From contig MU058213.1 of the NCBI GenBank assembly GCA_013265495.1, positions 682,001 to 746,000 on the forward strand: a stretch of 64,000 bases of DNA, given 5' to 3'. This DNA is from Vicugna vicugna (taxonomy: Eukaryota). The translations under genes were made by a program, and so were the position numbers. Shown here in pieces: positions 22,607-35,350 of the stretch; the stretch's first letter is position 1, and every line of letters begins with the position of its first letter. The notes beneath the pieces are model-generated. The model made no database searches and had not been told where the DNA came from. It saw only the letters and a program-made list of their open reading frames with translations.

Positions 22607-24065
22607 TACAGTGAAATAAAGCCCCATATTGTTACCAAAGCAGACATATGGATCAATGGAACAGAATAGAGACCCCCATAAATAAACCCACAGACTTCCG
22701 GTAAATTAATCTTTAACAAAGGAGGCAAGAATATGCAATTGAGCAGAGTGTCTCCTCAACAAACTGCTGAGAAAACTGTACAGCTCAGTATAGTTAGAAT
22801 ACTCCCTCAAAGCATACATACAAATTAACTCAAAATGGATTAAAGATTTAAGACCAGACAATATAAATCTCTTAAAAGAAACATAGGGAAAACATTTGAC
22901 ATCAATCTTTGCAATATTCTCCTAGGGTAGTCTACCCAGGTAAAGAAATAAAAGCAAAAATAAACAAAGAGACTTATTTAAACTTATAATCTTTTGCATA
23001 GCAAAGGCAAGCAAAAGGAAAACAAAAATCTACCTACAGAATGGGAGAAACTGTTTCCAAAAGAGGAGACTGACAAAGGCTTAATTTCCAGTATATGTAA
23101 ATAGCTTATACAACTTAAGATAAAAAAACACACACATAGAACCCAAGACAAAAATGGGGAGAAGACCTAAAGAAGCAATTCTTTAATTATAATAAATGGC
23201 CAATAGGCACATGAAAATATGATCAATATCGCTAATTCTTAGAGAAATGCAAATCAGAACTACAATGATTTCTTACCTAATACCAGTCAGAATTGTGATC
23301 ATTAAAAAGTCCACAAATGTTAAATGCTGGAGAGGGTGTCGAGAAAAGGGAACCCTTGCAGACTGCTGGTTGCAATGCAAATGCAGTATGGTGCAGCCAT
23401 TATGGAGAACAGTATGGAGATTCCTTAAAAAACTAAAAATATACTTACCATATGACATATCCAGAGGGAACCTTAATTCAAGCACCCCAGTGTTCACAGC
23501 AGCACTATTTACAATAGCCAAGACATAGAAAGAACCTAAATGTCCATTGAAAGATGACTGGATCAAGGGTGGGTGTGTGTGTGTGGGGGTGTATGTGTGT
23601 GTGTAAAAACAGAATACTACTTAGCCATAAAAAAGAATGTAATAATTTGGTGCAACATAGATGGACCTAGATATGGTCATTCTAAGTGAAGTAAGTCAGA
23701 AAGAGAAAGAAAATTACCATATGATAGCACGTATCTATGGAATCCCTCTCCCTCAAAAAAGACAAATGAGCTTATTTATACAACAAAGTCTCGCAGACAG
23801 AAAAAAACAAACTTATGGTTACGAGGGGTTAAAGGGGTTGGAAAGGGATAAATTGGGAGTTTGAGATTTGGAGACACTAACTACTATGTATAAAATGGAG
23901 ATATTTCTACTGTATAGCACAGGGAACTATACTCAATGTCTTATAGTAATGTATAATGAAAAATAAGATGAAATGGTATATACATATGTATGTATGACTG
24001 AAACATCAAGCTGTACACCAGAAGTTAACAACACTGTAAACTGACTATACATCCCTTAAAAAAAG
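22607..24065 (+). mobile_element. L1 3'-end unit D (~1.45 kb)
   Basis: [46 protein letters not shown] peptide; 3'UTR and A tail. Confidence 0.9.
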
Positions 24066-24074
24066 CGGGGGGAG

Positions 24075-27000
24075 ATGTACATGTACAATGGATTACTAAA
24101 CCATAAAAAAAGGAAAATTTGCCATTTGCAACATGGATGGACTTTGAGGGTATTATGCTAAGTGAAATAAGATAACAAAAGATAAATATTGTATATTATC
24201 ACTTATATGTGGAGTCTAAAAAATACAACAAAGTATTGAATACAACAAAAAAGAAACAAGAGTCACAAATATAGAGAAAAAACTAGTAGTTAACAGTGAG
24301 GAAAGCGAGGGTGGGTTGGAAAGATCGGGGTAGTGTATTATGAGGTACAAACTACTATGTAGAAAATAAACAAGCTACAAAGATACATTGTACAACACAG
24401 GGAGTGTAGGCAGTTTTTTTAAATAATAATTATAAATGTAATATAACCTTTAAAATGGTGAATATGTTGTATACCTGAAACTTACACTATATTGTGCATC
24501 AACTATACATCAGAAAGAACATGGAAATAAAGTAGGGACAGTTAAGTAAAATATGATAAAGACACACAGAAAAGAAATGATTCAGGTGAAAGAGGAGGGA
24601 GAACTAAGGCATTTTAGAAGTGTAAATTGTGAGATTTATCAGATTCCATTAGAAAAGCCAACATATAATTAATGGGTATATATTAAAAAGAAGAGAGGGA
24701 GAAGAGGGCAGAAAGTTTATTTAAAGAAATAGCTGAGGAAAGCAGTATGGAATTTCATAAAAAAATAAAAATAGAGCCACCCTATGATCCAGCAATTCCA
24801 CTCCTTGTTACTTATCTGAAGGAAACAAAAACATTAATTAGAAAAGATATTTGCACTCCTATGTTCATTGTAGCATTATTTACAACAGCCAAGATATTTA
24901 AGCAACCCAAGTGCCCATCAATAGATGAATAAAGATGAATATATATACACACATTTCCACACAATGGAATATTACACCTTAAAAAACAATGAAACCTTGC
25001 CATTTTCAACAACGTGTATGGACCTAGCGGGTCTTGTGCTAAGTGAAATAAGCCAGACAGAGAAAGACAAATATTGTACGATTTCACTTATATGTGCAAT
25101 TTTAAAAATCAAATGAATAAACAGTTATAGATATTGAGAACAAACAAGTGGTTGCAGGGTAGGGGGAGGAAAGAAATAGGTGAGGGAGATTGAAGGGTTA
25201 CAAACTCGAGTTACAAAATAAATGAGTCACAGGTATGAAATGTACAGGATAGGGAATACAGTCAGTATTATGTAATATCTGTGTATAGTGCCATATTGTG
25301 ACTAGACTTACTGTGGTGATTTTGAAATGTATAGAAATACCAAATAATTGGGTTTTTTTTTCCTTAAACAGGAACTAACAGTTTGTAGGTCAATTATACT
25401 TCAAAACCAAACTCATAAAAAGAGGTCAAATTTGTGTTTACCAATTGCAGGGGATGGGGAGAGGGGAAACTGGATAAAGGTAGTCAAAAGGCATAAAATT
25501 CCCGTTATAAGATACATAGGTACCAGGAATGGAATGTAAAACATGACTAATATAATGAACACTGCCATGTGTTATATATGAAAATTGTTAAGAGAGTAAA
25601 TCTGAGAATAAATCCTAAGAGTTCTCAGCACAAGAAATTTTTTTTTCTATTTAAGTTTGTATCTGTATGAGATGATGTTATCGAAAGTTTCTGTGATAAT
25701 CATAATATATGAGTCAAATAAGTATGCTATATACCTTAAACTTACATAGTACCTTATGTAAATTATATCTCAATAAAACTAGAAGAGAAAAAATTTAGAA
25801 ATAATAGCTAAGAACTTCCTAAACCTGGAGAAGAAACTGGATATACATAAATAACCACAATGCTAGTACAACACTTTATCTCAATACAAATAGCCTGTAA
25901 GATATATTATAATGAAAGTGTCAAAAGTTAATGATAAAGAATTTAAAAAGCAACCTGGGTAAAAAAGACAGTAATCTACAAAAAACAACAGTCACCACCA
26001 ACACCCATTAGGCTATCAGCAGATTTTCCAAAAGGAACTCTACAGAGTACAATGACATATTAAAATATTTAAAGATAAATTGCCAGTGAGGAATACTGTA
26101 TCTGGCAAAGTTATCCTTCAGATAGGAGGATAAAATCAAGCCTTTCCCAGACCAAAGCTGAAGGAGTTTCACAACTAGACCTGCCTTCCAATAAACGTTG
26201 AAAGGGGATATTCAAGCTGAAATTAAAAGATGAAAGTACACAAAACTCTGGTTAAGCTGATAAATAGAATTAGAAAACAGTAACTTTGGAATTTGGAATT
26301 ATCGGAATTAAATTAAATTTGGAAACAATTTCATAGTATAAAAAGAATGAAACCTTGCCATTTTCAACATGTATGGACCTAGTGGGTCTTATGCTAAGTG
26401 AAGTAAGCCAGACAGAGAAAGACAAATATTGTACGATTTCACTTGTATGTGAAATTTTAAAAACCTAATGAACAAACATAGTAAAATAAAGTTATAAATA
26501 CTGAGAACAAACAAGTGGTTGTGGGGTAGGGGGAGGAAAGAAATTGGTGAGGGAGATTGAGGGGTACAAACTCCAGTTGCAAAATAAATGAGTCACAGGT
26601 ATGAAATGTACAGGGTAGGGTTTAATTGTTTAAACTGTAGTAGCTATAGTTATTTCCCATGCTCATTTCCTCTAACATTTATAATTGTTTAATTATATAT
26701 GTACCCAACATAGGAACACCTAAATACATAAAGGAAATATTAACAGACATAAAGGGAGAAATTGACAGTAACACAATAATAGTGGGGGACTTTAACATCC
26801 CACTTACATCAATGCACAGATCATCCAGACAGAAAATCAGTAAGTAAACACTCACCTTAAAGGACACGTTAGACCAGATGAACTTAATATATAGAACATT
26901 CCATCCAACAGCAGCAAGATACACATTCTTCTCAAATGCACAAGGAACATTCTCCAGCATAGATCATATGATAGGACACAAAGCAAATCTTAGCAAATCT

Positions 27001-27420
27001 AAAGAGAATGCAATCACATCAGATATTGTTTCTAACCACAGTGGCATAAAACTAGAAATACAGATCAAGAGGAAAGTGAAAAGATCTACAAAGATGTGAA
27101 AACTAAACAACACAATTCTAAACAACCAACAGGTCAAGGAAGAAATTGCAATTAAATACCAAGTTATTGAAACAACAACAAAAAAATGTAAATACAACCT
27201 ATCAGATCTTGTGGAATTTAGCCAAAGAAGTTCTGAGAGGGAAGTTTATAGCAATAAACACATATATAGTCTAGTTGTCTTTTCAAAGAACTAGTTCTTA
27301 GTTTTGTTGTTCCTTCCTATTTTTATCTGGTTTCTATTTCTTTCACTATGATCTTTATTTCCTTCCTTCAAGACTAATTACGGGCTTAATTTGTTCTTTT
27401 TCCAGTTCTTTGAGGTGACC
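24075..27420 (+). mobile_element. Cluster of nested L1 fragments (3'UTRs, ORF1 and endonuclease remnants)
   Basis: IYVPNIGTPKYIKEILTDIKGEIDSNTIIVGDFNIPL and YRTFHP..YTFFSNAQGTFSSIDHMIGHK are L1 ORF2 endonuclease motifs. Confidence 0.85.
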
Positions 27421-28179
27421 ATTAGTAAGACAGCTCATTAGCAAGGGCCAGCTAGTAATATGTCAGCATGATCAATAAGGAAGCCCCATGATTATCTGAA
27501 CAGGAATCCACAACAGCCTCAAACAGAGCTATTTGCTTAGGAGATGGAATTAGAGTACCTGATTCCCATCAGTATTTAGATGAGTTCCATAGGTTTCTTC
27601 CTCTATGTCATTCCAAGGTGCTGGGAACACCAATAGTGTAAGTAGGACTCAGTTCTTGCCCTCAAAGAAGTTACGGTTCAGATGGCACAAGACAAGCCAA
27701 GAGCCACAGTCTGAGCTATAAATGTGCACAAAATACGATGTTGTGCAGGAGAGGGTCCTGCAAAGAGGCCTGTTGGCAAGGAGATACTTGAGCTGAGTCT
27801 TGAATAGCAAGTAAGATTCAGCTGCATCAAAGGATACGGACAGGAGAGGAGATGGAAGCCCAAAGGATAAAACCTGAAGTTGGCAAGTTATAATCACTTC
27901 CATAATGAAGGAACACAGAGGGAGACGGGGCAAGAAAAGCCAGAGGGTGGGGTGGGGTGGCTTGTACATAGCAGGATACAAGGCCAGAGAGTTGAGCAAG
28001 ATGCCAACGGCTTAGACCCTCACAGGTTAATTTAGATAGTCTAAACTGTATCTGATAGCTGGGAAGTTTGACACCTATACGCCTGCTTTTTAAGAAAGAG
28101 CTTTCTGGCTGCCACATGGAAGACTGTTAGGAGAGAAGGGCTGTTTGGGTCCCACTTAAAGGGGTAAGGAATCCACAGT

Positions 28180-28554
28180 TGTTATGGACTAAATTGGCTC
28201 CCATAAAATTTGTATGTTGAAATCCTAACCACCAATGTGACTGTATTTGTAGACAGGGACTTTAAAGAGGTAAATTAGTGGTAAATGAGGTCATAGGGTA
28301 GGGCTTTCATCCAGTTAAAAGACTGGTGTCATCATAAGGGCGATACCAGGGATGCCTGTATAGAGAAAAGTCCATGCGAGGACATGAGGAGATGGCCATC
28401 TGTGAGCAGAGAGGGGCCTCAGGAGACACCGGTGCTGTCAACACCTTGATCTTGGACTTACAGCCCCCAGGACTGTGATTAATGGATTTCTGTTGTTTAA
28501 GCTTCCCCATCTGTATTTTGTTACTGTAGCCCACAGCCCACGCAGACTAACACA
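28180..28554 (+). mobile_element. MLT1-type MaLR solo LTR
   Basis: TGTTATGGACTAAAT..ATGTTGAAATCCTAACC..CCTTGATCTTGGACTT..GACTAACACA. Confidence 0.85.
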
Positions 28555-28685
28555 AGTGTTCGCTCTAAGTTTTATAAACAGTGATCATGGACATAGACCA
28601 TAACCCATGAAGGCGGAGCATACTGATCAGGTGAGTGTTAGATAACTGATATGTTGCAAAATACGTACAATCAAGCATATGTTGA

Positions 28686-31095
28686 GGGGTCGATCACGAT
28701 GGTGGAGAAAGAGGACGTGCAGCTCACCTCCCCCCACGAATACATCAAAAATACACCTACATGTGGAACAATTTTTACTGAAAACCAACTTGAAACTGGC
28801 AGAAGGACTCGTGTAAAACCACAGATGTAAGAAAGATACACACGTATTCAGGTAGGAAGGGAAGAAAAGCAGTTGGGTTGGGACCTGTGCTCCTGGAAGG
28901 GGACTGAGAAGAAAAGGAAGATTACATAGCTGGACACCCACCCTGGGGAGTGAGCAGTGAGAACCCCTGACTGGGCGTCCCACTCCTGGGGGCCTCCCTG
29001 AGGGAGAAAAGCCCCCTCTGGCTGACTGGGGGAATCACTGGGACTAAGAGAAAAGCTGTGGAAGCCTGGACTCCATTTGCGAGGAGCACACATGTGCTGG
29101 CTTACCCCTGAGGCAGAGCAGAGAGAGGTCTGCTCCAGCCGCTGCTGGGTTTCCCACAACCTTGTTGCCGTGCACCCCGGCCTGAGCCAAGTGAATGGCC
29201 AGACCCCGCTCGCTCCACACCACAGCGCAGCACTGGATGTGGGGTGGCCATCGCCAGGGAGAAGGCCTGACTGCGGGATGCAGAGATGACCCAGTCCTGG
29301 GGTGGAGCATGGGCGGGGCGGTGGCAGCCCTTGTTGGTGCTTATTCAAGCAGCACACCAGAAGCAGCCCAGATTTCTGATGGCGCTGCTCCTCCACAGCT
29401 CACCCCCGATACACACTGAGAGCTCAAGTGGGCCCCTACTGCCCCAAGGTGTGGCTCCACAACTCGTAGTGGGTGACCGAGGCTCTGGGCAGCAATTGGC
29501 TGTAAGGCACAAAGGAGACTTGCACTGGAGGCTGCGTCTAAATAGAGCAAGGGAAAAAACTGTGGGTGCCTGCACTGTCAGTGCATCAGAGACAGCTTGG
29601 ACCTCTGCCTATGTCTGACATGAGCCAAAAGCCCACATGGGCCCCACCTGCTTCAGCACTCCCTTGCACTAGGGTAAGGGTCTCAGTGTAGGGAGAGAGA
29701 AAAACACATGCTTAAAGGAAATAGAGCCAGCTGGGCTCAACCCTCAAGGCTTCTGCTCCAGCAACCTGGGATCAGATCCTGCCCCTGATACGGTGGTGAC
29801 GGCCTTGGAGCAGAGGGGAAGACCCGCCTGACACCCAGCTCCACCCCCTACTAAGGTGATAGCTGCCAGCACACCCTGAGGAAAGATCTGAGTGTGTCCA
29901 TGTCAAATCCAGCTCTCCCACCAAAGGCACTGGGCACACGCAGTCTGTATAGGGGCATTCCCACATAATAATATCCCTGCGAGATCACAATAGGTAACTG
30001 TTTCACCTAAATTCATAGAGGCAGAGAAAGTTAAGCAAAATGAAAAGGCAGAGAAACTGCTCTCAATTGAAAGAGCAAGAGAAAACACTGAAAAAAATGA
30101 CACAGAAATAAACAATTTAAAAGAATTCAAAGCATTGGTAATAAAAATGTTCACTGAATTATGGAAAATAGATATACACAGCAAAAACTTTAACAAGGAA
30201 CTAGAAAATATACAAAAGATCCAATCAGAAATTAAAAATTCAATAGCTGAAATAAACACATGAGAAGGAATGAATAGCAGACTAAGTGATGCAGAAGTGA
30301 TCTGGAAGATAGAATAATGGAAATCACCCAAACAAACAACAACAAAAAATGCAAACAATTTAAGCGACTGCCAGGGTAACATTAAGCATACCAACATTCA
30401 CATTATAGGAGTCCCAGAAGAAGAGAGAGAAGGGGATTGAAAATGTATTTGAAGAAATTATGGCTGAAAACTTCCCAAACCTGATAGAAGGAAACAGATT
30501 TCTGTATACTAATCTTATATCCTGCAATTTTGCTGAATTCATTTATTAGTTCTAATAATTTTGGGGTGGAGACTTCAGGGTTTTCTGCACGAGCGCGTGC
30601 GCGCGCACACACACACAATGAAATGTTATTCAGCCATGAACAATGAAGAAATCCTGTCGTTTGTAACAAGGATGGACCTTGAAGACATTATATGAAGAAA
30701 AATAAATCAGAGAAAAGCATACTGTATGATCTCACACATATGAAGAATCTAAAAACAAAAAACTCATTGAAAAAATCAGATTTGTGGTTACCAAAGGTGG
30801 ACTCGGCGGGAGGGAGAATAGGATGAAGGTGGTGAAAAGATACAAACTCCCAGTTAGAAGATAAATGAGTACTAGGGATGTTAACGCACAACATGATGAC
30901 TGCAGTGAACAGTGCTGTAGGATATACAGGGAAGCTGTTAAGAGAGGAGATCCTGAGTTCTCATTATAGGAAAAAAAATTTTCTTTTTATTGCAGTAATC
31001 ATTTCATAGTATATGTTAAACCCTTACACTATCTATATACCTTAAACTTACACAGTGGTATATGTCAGTTATGTATCAATATAAGTGAAAAACAA
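28686..31095 (+). mobile_element. Rearranged L1: 5'UTR and decayed ORF1, short inverted RT piece (~30498-30588), then 3' end
   Basis: GATCACGATGGTGGAG..GGACGTGCAGCTCACCTCC 5' motif; ORF1-like A-rich stretch; minus-strand ENPEVSTPKLLELINEFSKIAGYKISIQKSV. Confidence 0.8.
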
Positions 31096-31511
31096 AATAC
31101 TGAGGCCTTCTCCCCAACCCCCCAAAACAAATCCAGAGGGAGAATGAGGACCTCCACTCCAGCAGGAGCCACGTGGGTCAGCTGGAAAGCAATTCAGCTC
31201 TAAATGACAGCTGCAGGTTATGTCATGTGACGTTAGAGTTCTGACTTCTTCAAGCACTGCCTCCTCTTGGTTTCCATCACACCCCTAGTTTCCTTTGCTC
31301 TCTTCTCTTCCCCTCGCTCTGAGCTCTCCACTTCTGCTGAGAGTCAAACATCACCTCCACAGGGAAGCCTTCCTGGAACCCTCATTCTGAGTTAGTCCTG
31401 ACCCTCCCACTCTGACTGCACAGCGCTTCCACAGTTCTAAGTGCGTGCAGAAGGAAGTTTGGGAGAGACCACAGAGCTAGATATGCTTCAGTCAAGATCC
31501 TAGCTTTTATA

Positions 31512-31676
31512 AAACAGGTAAACAAGTTTATACTGTATAGCACAGGGAAATATATTCATTATCTTGTAGTAGCTTACAGTGAAAAAGAATATATGTATGT
31601 TCACGTATGACTGAAGCATTGTGCTGTACACCAGAAACAGACACAACATTGTAAACTGACTATACTTCAAAAAAAA
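31512..31676 (+). mobile_element. Short 5'-truncated L1 with perfect 18-bp TSD
   Basis: AAGATCCTAGCTTTTATA at 31494-31511 and 31677-31694; poly(A) tail. Confidence 0.92.
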
Positions 31677-34304
31677 AAGATCCTAGCTTTTATATTGTGT
31701 GGTACACTTGTGGTTCTTATTAAAAACAAGCAGTCCATGCAGGCATGGATCAATGATGTGTGTGTCGTAACTAATGATTATGACTGAAAGGGATTCTGTC
31801 ACTGAGAAGCTAATGAAGGGCCATCATTAAGTATTCTGAACACTTTACATGCTTGCACTCCTGCTGATAATGAGTTGAGGGTAGCAGAAGTCAGGAATTT
31901 GTCCTTTTAATAATTTGCAGCCCATCTGATGGAAGTGAGAGAAGGGAGGGGAGGGGTAAGTAAGCCAAGCAAAACTAACATACAAAGCGGCAGTCTGAGC
32001 CAAAGAGGACTCAGCAGTAAGAGGGAGATGTCTTCTTGGAACTTTACTGAAGAGAGAAAATTTAATATGGGTACTGAAGAATTTCAGTGAGTGATGGATG
32101 GGAGAGAGTGTTGCTGTTGAGAAAACAGCATGAACACAAATCGGCTCAGAGTCAGGACAGACAACAGGAATCCAGGGACAGTGGGACACACTGGCAGGAA
32201 TGTGAGGCAGGAACGAGGGAAAGCTGGTCTCAGGGATCTGGACTGTTTCCACTGCAGCCCACGAGGAACCGATAAAGACCTTTGAATGAGGATGCATCCC
32301 TGAGAAGTATTTTACTAGTTTTTCCAGGTAGCAGAGCTGCAGATGGATTTGGCATATATAAGGATGAGAAGTCAAAGAGAGCTCGGAAGGTTTCAAATCA
32401 TAAAGGAATATGGAGCAGGGAAGGGCTTCTGGAGGAAGATTGGAGAGTATTTTGATTAACACAGGGAAAGACTACATCCTGGAAATGACAGTGGTGTGAG
32501 TCAGAAGAAGCAGCAGGGAGATGAAAGGGACTGGGGTCCAAAAGGACTCCAAGGTTACAGGGAAAGGACAACTGGAAAAAATAGTTGAGTTTGAAGCAAA
32601 CAGCATTTATCTAGAAGTGCTCAGCTAGAAATGCACGAAAAACTCGAGAGAAGATAGTAACAAATATACTACCCTTCCAAGTAGACAAGGGATAGGGTAT
32701 CAGACAAAATTTTGAGGGACTCAATGCCTACCGGTGGATGGGTTAAGAGGTGCACTCCAACCCAGCACCGCAAGAGCTCCTTGAACTGTCACATTAATCA
32801 GTGCTCCGTCATGCTAACCATCTTCCTCTCATGAGCCCAGAATACTTAGCTTGTGGAACAAGCACCCATATGCTAAGAGCAATGACAACATTACCACATG
32901 GGGAAAAGATTTCTTCTCCTTGTGGCTAGATATTCCAGTCAAAAACACTGGGATGGGTCATCACTCAGCACTGTCAGGATTTTTTTTTTTTAAACCACAG
33001 AGAATTAACATAGGTCTGTCTAATCCTTAATTTACTCAAAGAACCTGAGAGATCCTAGGTTAAATTACGGTCTAAGCAATAACTCCACAGTTCCTCCTTC
33101 CTAAAATGCTAAAATGAAAAAAAAAGAAAAAGTGCTGGAAGAAAAGAAAGCCATCAACAGACCAGAAATCAAGGGAATTTCTTGTGGGTAGAAAACAACT
33201 GTCAGCATCATTCTCTAATTTATACAATTATCCAAGAAAGAGAAAGTGAAGTAGAGATTTAGTTAGAACTAGTGAGATTTCAAAGTAGCCAGATTTAGAA
33301 CCATCATTATGTTTCTTTTATATGACAGCCATAACCAACAAACTAACGGGAAAAATTGATCCTGTGGCTCAATAATGAGTTGAGTTTCACTCGCAACAAA
33401 AATCAGCTTAAGCAAAAAAGAAAATTACTACTGAGTCCCATTACAGCTTCAGGCACAAATTGTGAGATTTCAGCTCTGTTTCTCCTGTCTCCATCCCACC
33501 CCACATCTCTGACCTCTGTCCTTCTGTGAGCTCTTCTCTTTCCAGGGAGGCTCCCTCTGGGAAGGCAAACATTCTCTCCAGATTCTATTCCCAATGGCAA
33601 CAGAACCCATGAGTTGGAAGATATCTGGCAAGAACATGGGACCTGTAGGAAGAAAACCATGAGAGCCCTAAATAAATGCAAGAGGAGTTCATGTTCTTAG
33701 AAGAGAAGACAGTATTCAAAGATTGTAAAATGGATTCTTTATAAACTGGTTTTTAGAATTCATCTTAAACAAGTCACAAAAATAGCCAAGGATTTCTTTT
33801 GTTTTTTTTTTTTTTGAAAAAGAATGGTGGGGGAGGAGATAAGACTACAGCACCAGATATTTAAACATGCCATAAACATACAGTAATTCAGACAGAGTGC
33901 TATTAGTAGAGGAAAAGATAAGTCAAAAAAATAGAAGATACATTCAAATCAGCTGGGGGAAAAAATGGACCATCTATAAACAATTCTGAAATACCTACCC
34001 CAACTCTTCTTTTTGAAGAAGTGAGTCCTACTGTATACTACACTAAAAGAATTCCAGGATGGATCAGTGACCAAGGACATAGAATACTTTCTTTATAATC
34101 CTGGGACAAGGATGACCTTCCTAGAGAAGAATGAAACGCCAAAAGCCATAAAGGCAAAAGCTTAGGATGACTTAACACTGATGAGAGTATGACGAGCTAA
34201 GCATTCCCTACGTAGGTGTACGTTTGGATTGGCAGGCCTGTTTTGAATAGTACTTTGGTAGTAGCCAAATTTTAACACATATAAACCATGACTGAGAGCC
34301 TCTG

Positions 34305-35105
34305 TATCACCTCACACCAGTCAGAATGGTCATCATTAAAAAGTCTACAAATAATTAAATGCTGGAGAGGGTATGGAGAAAAAGGAACTCTCCTACACTG
34401 GCGGTGGGAATGTAAATTGGTGCAGCCACCCTGGAGGACAGTATGGAGGTTCCTTAAAAAACTAATAACAGACTCACCATATGATCCAGCAATCTGAGTC
34501 CTGGGCATATATCTGGAGAAAACTCTAATTTGAAAAGACACGTGCACCCCAGTGTTCACAGCAGCACTATTTATAATAGCCAAGACATGGAAACAACCTA
34601 AATGTCCATCAACAGATGACTGGACAATGATGTGGTATGTGTGTGTCTGTGTGTGTATAATAGACTATTACTCAGCCATAGAAAAGAATGAAATAATGCC
34701 GTTTTCAGCAACATGGGTGGACCTAGAGATGATCACATTGAGTGAAGCAAGTCAGATAAAGGCAAATATCACATGGTATCACTTATATGTGGAATCTAAA
34801 AAAGAAAATGATACAAATTCTATTTACAAACCAAAACCAGACTCACGGACATAGAAAACAAATTATGGTTACAAAAGGGGAAAGGGCAGGGAGGGATAAA
34901 TTAGGAGTTGGAAATTAACAGACACATTACTATATATAAAAGAAATAAACAACAAGGACCAGCATATAACACAGGGAACTATATTTGATTTCTTGTAATA
35001 ACAAAATAGCAGAGAATCTGAAAAGGAAAAAATATATGTATATCTGTATGTGTATGTATAACTTATCACTTGGCTGGATACCTGAAACTAACATTGTAAA
35101 TCAAA
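34305..35105 (+). mobile_element. L1 3' fragment
   Basis: [55 protein letters not shown]. Confidence 0.9.
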
Positions 35106-35350
35106 ACAGTCTCTCTCTGGGATTCTCTCCTCCAATCATAATCATGCACTGCTAGGCACAAAAAAATTTCATGCAACAGTGTTTCTAACAGCTCCTAGGA
35201 GGAGAAACACCCTAAAACACATGGCAGAACACAAGCAGAGCTGCGTGTTCTGAAGCAGGAAAGGCTCGTAAGGTGAGGCCACAGAGCAGGTCCAGTCATT
35301 TATAAAATGCAAGTACAATAATGGCCAAGAAGGCCTGGAGGGACGCTGCA

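Noticed and set aside
31845..32462. 205-aa minus-strand ORF
   Set aside because: Low-complexity Ser/Pro/Leu product of a purine-rich stretch, probably old repeat; no recognisable homology.
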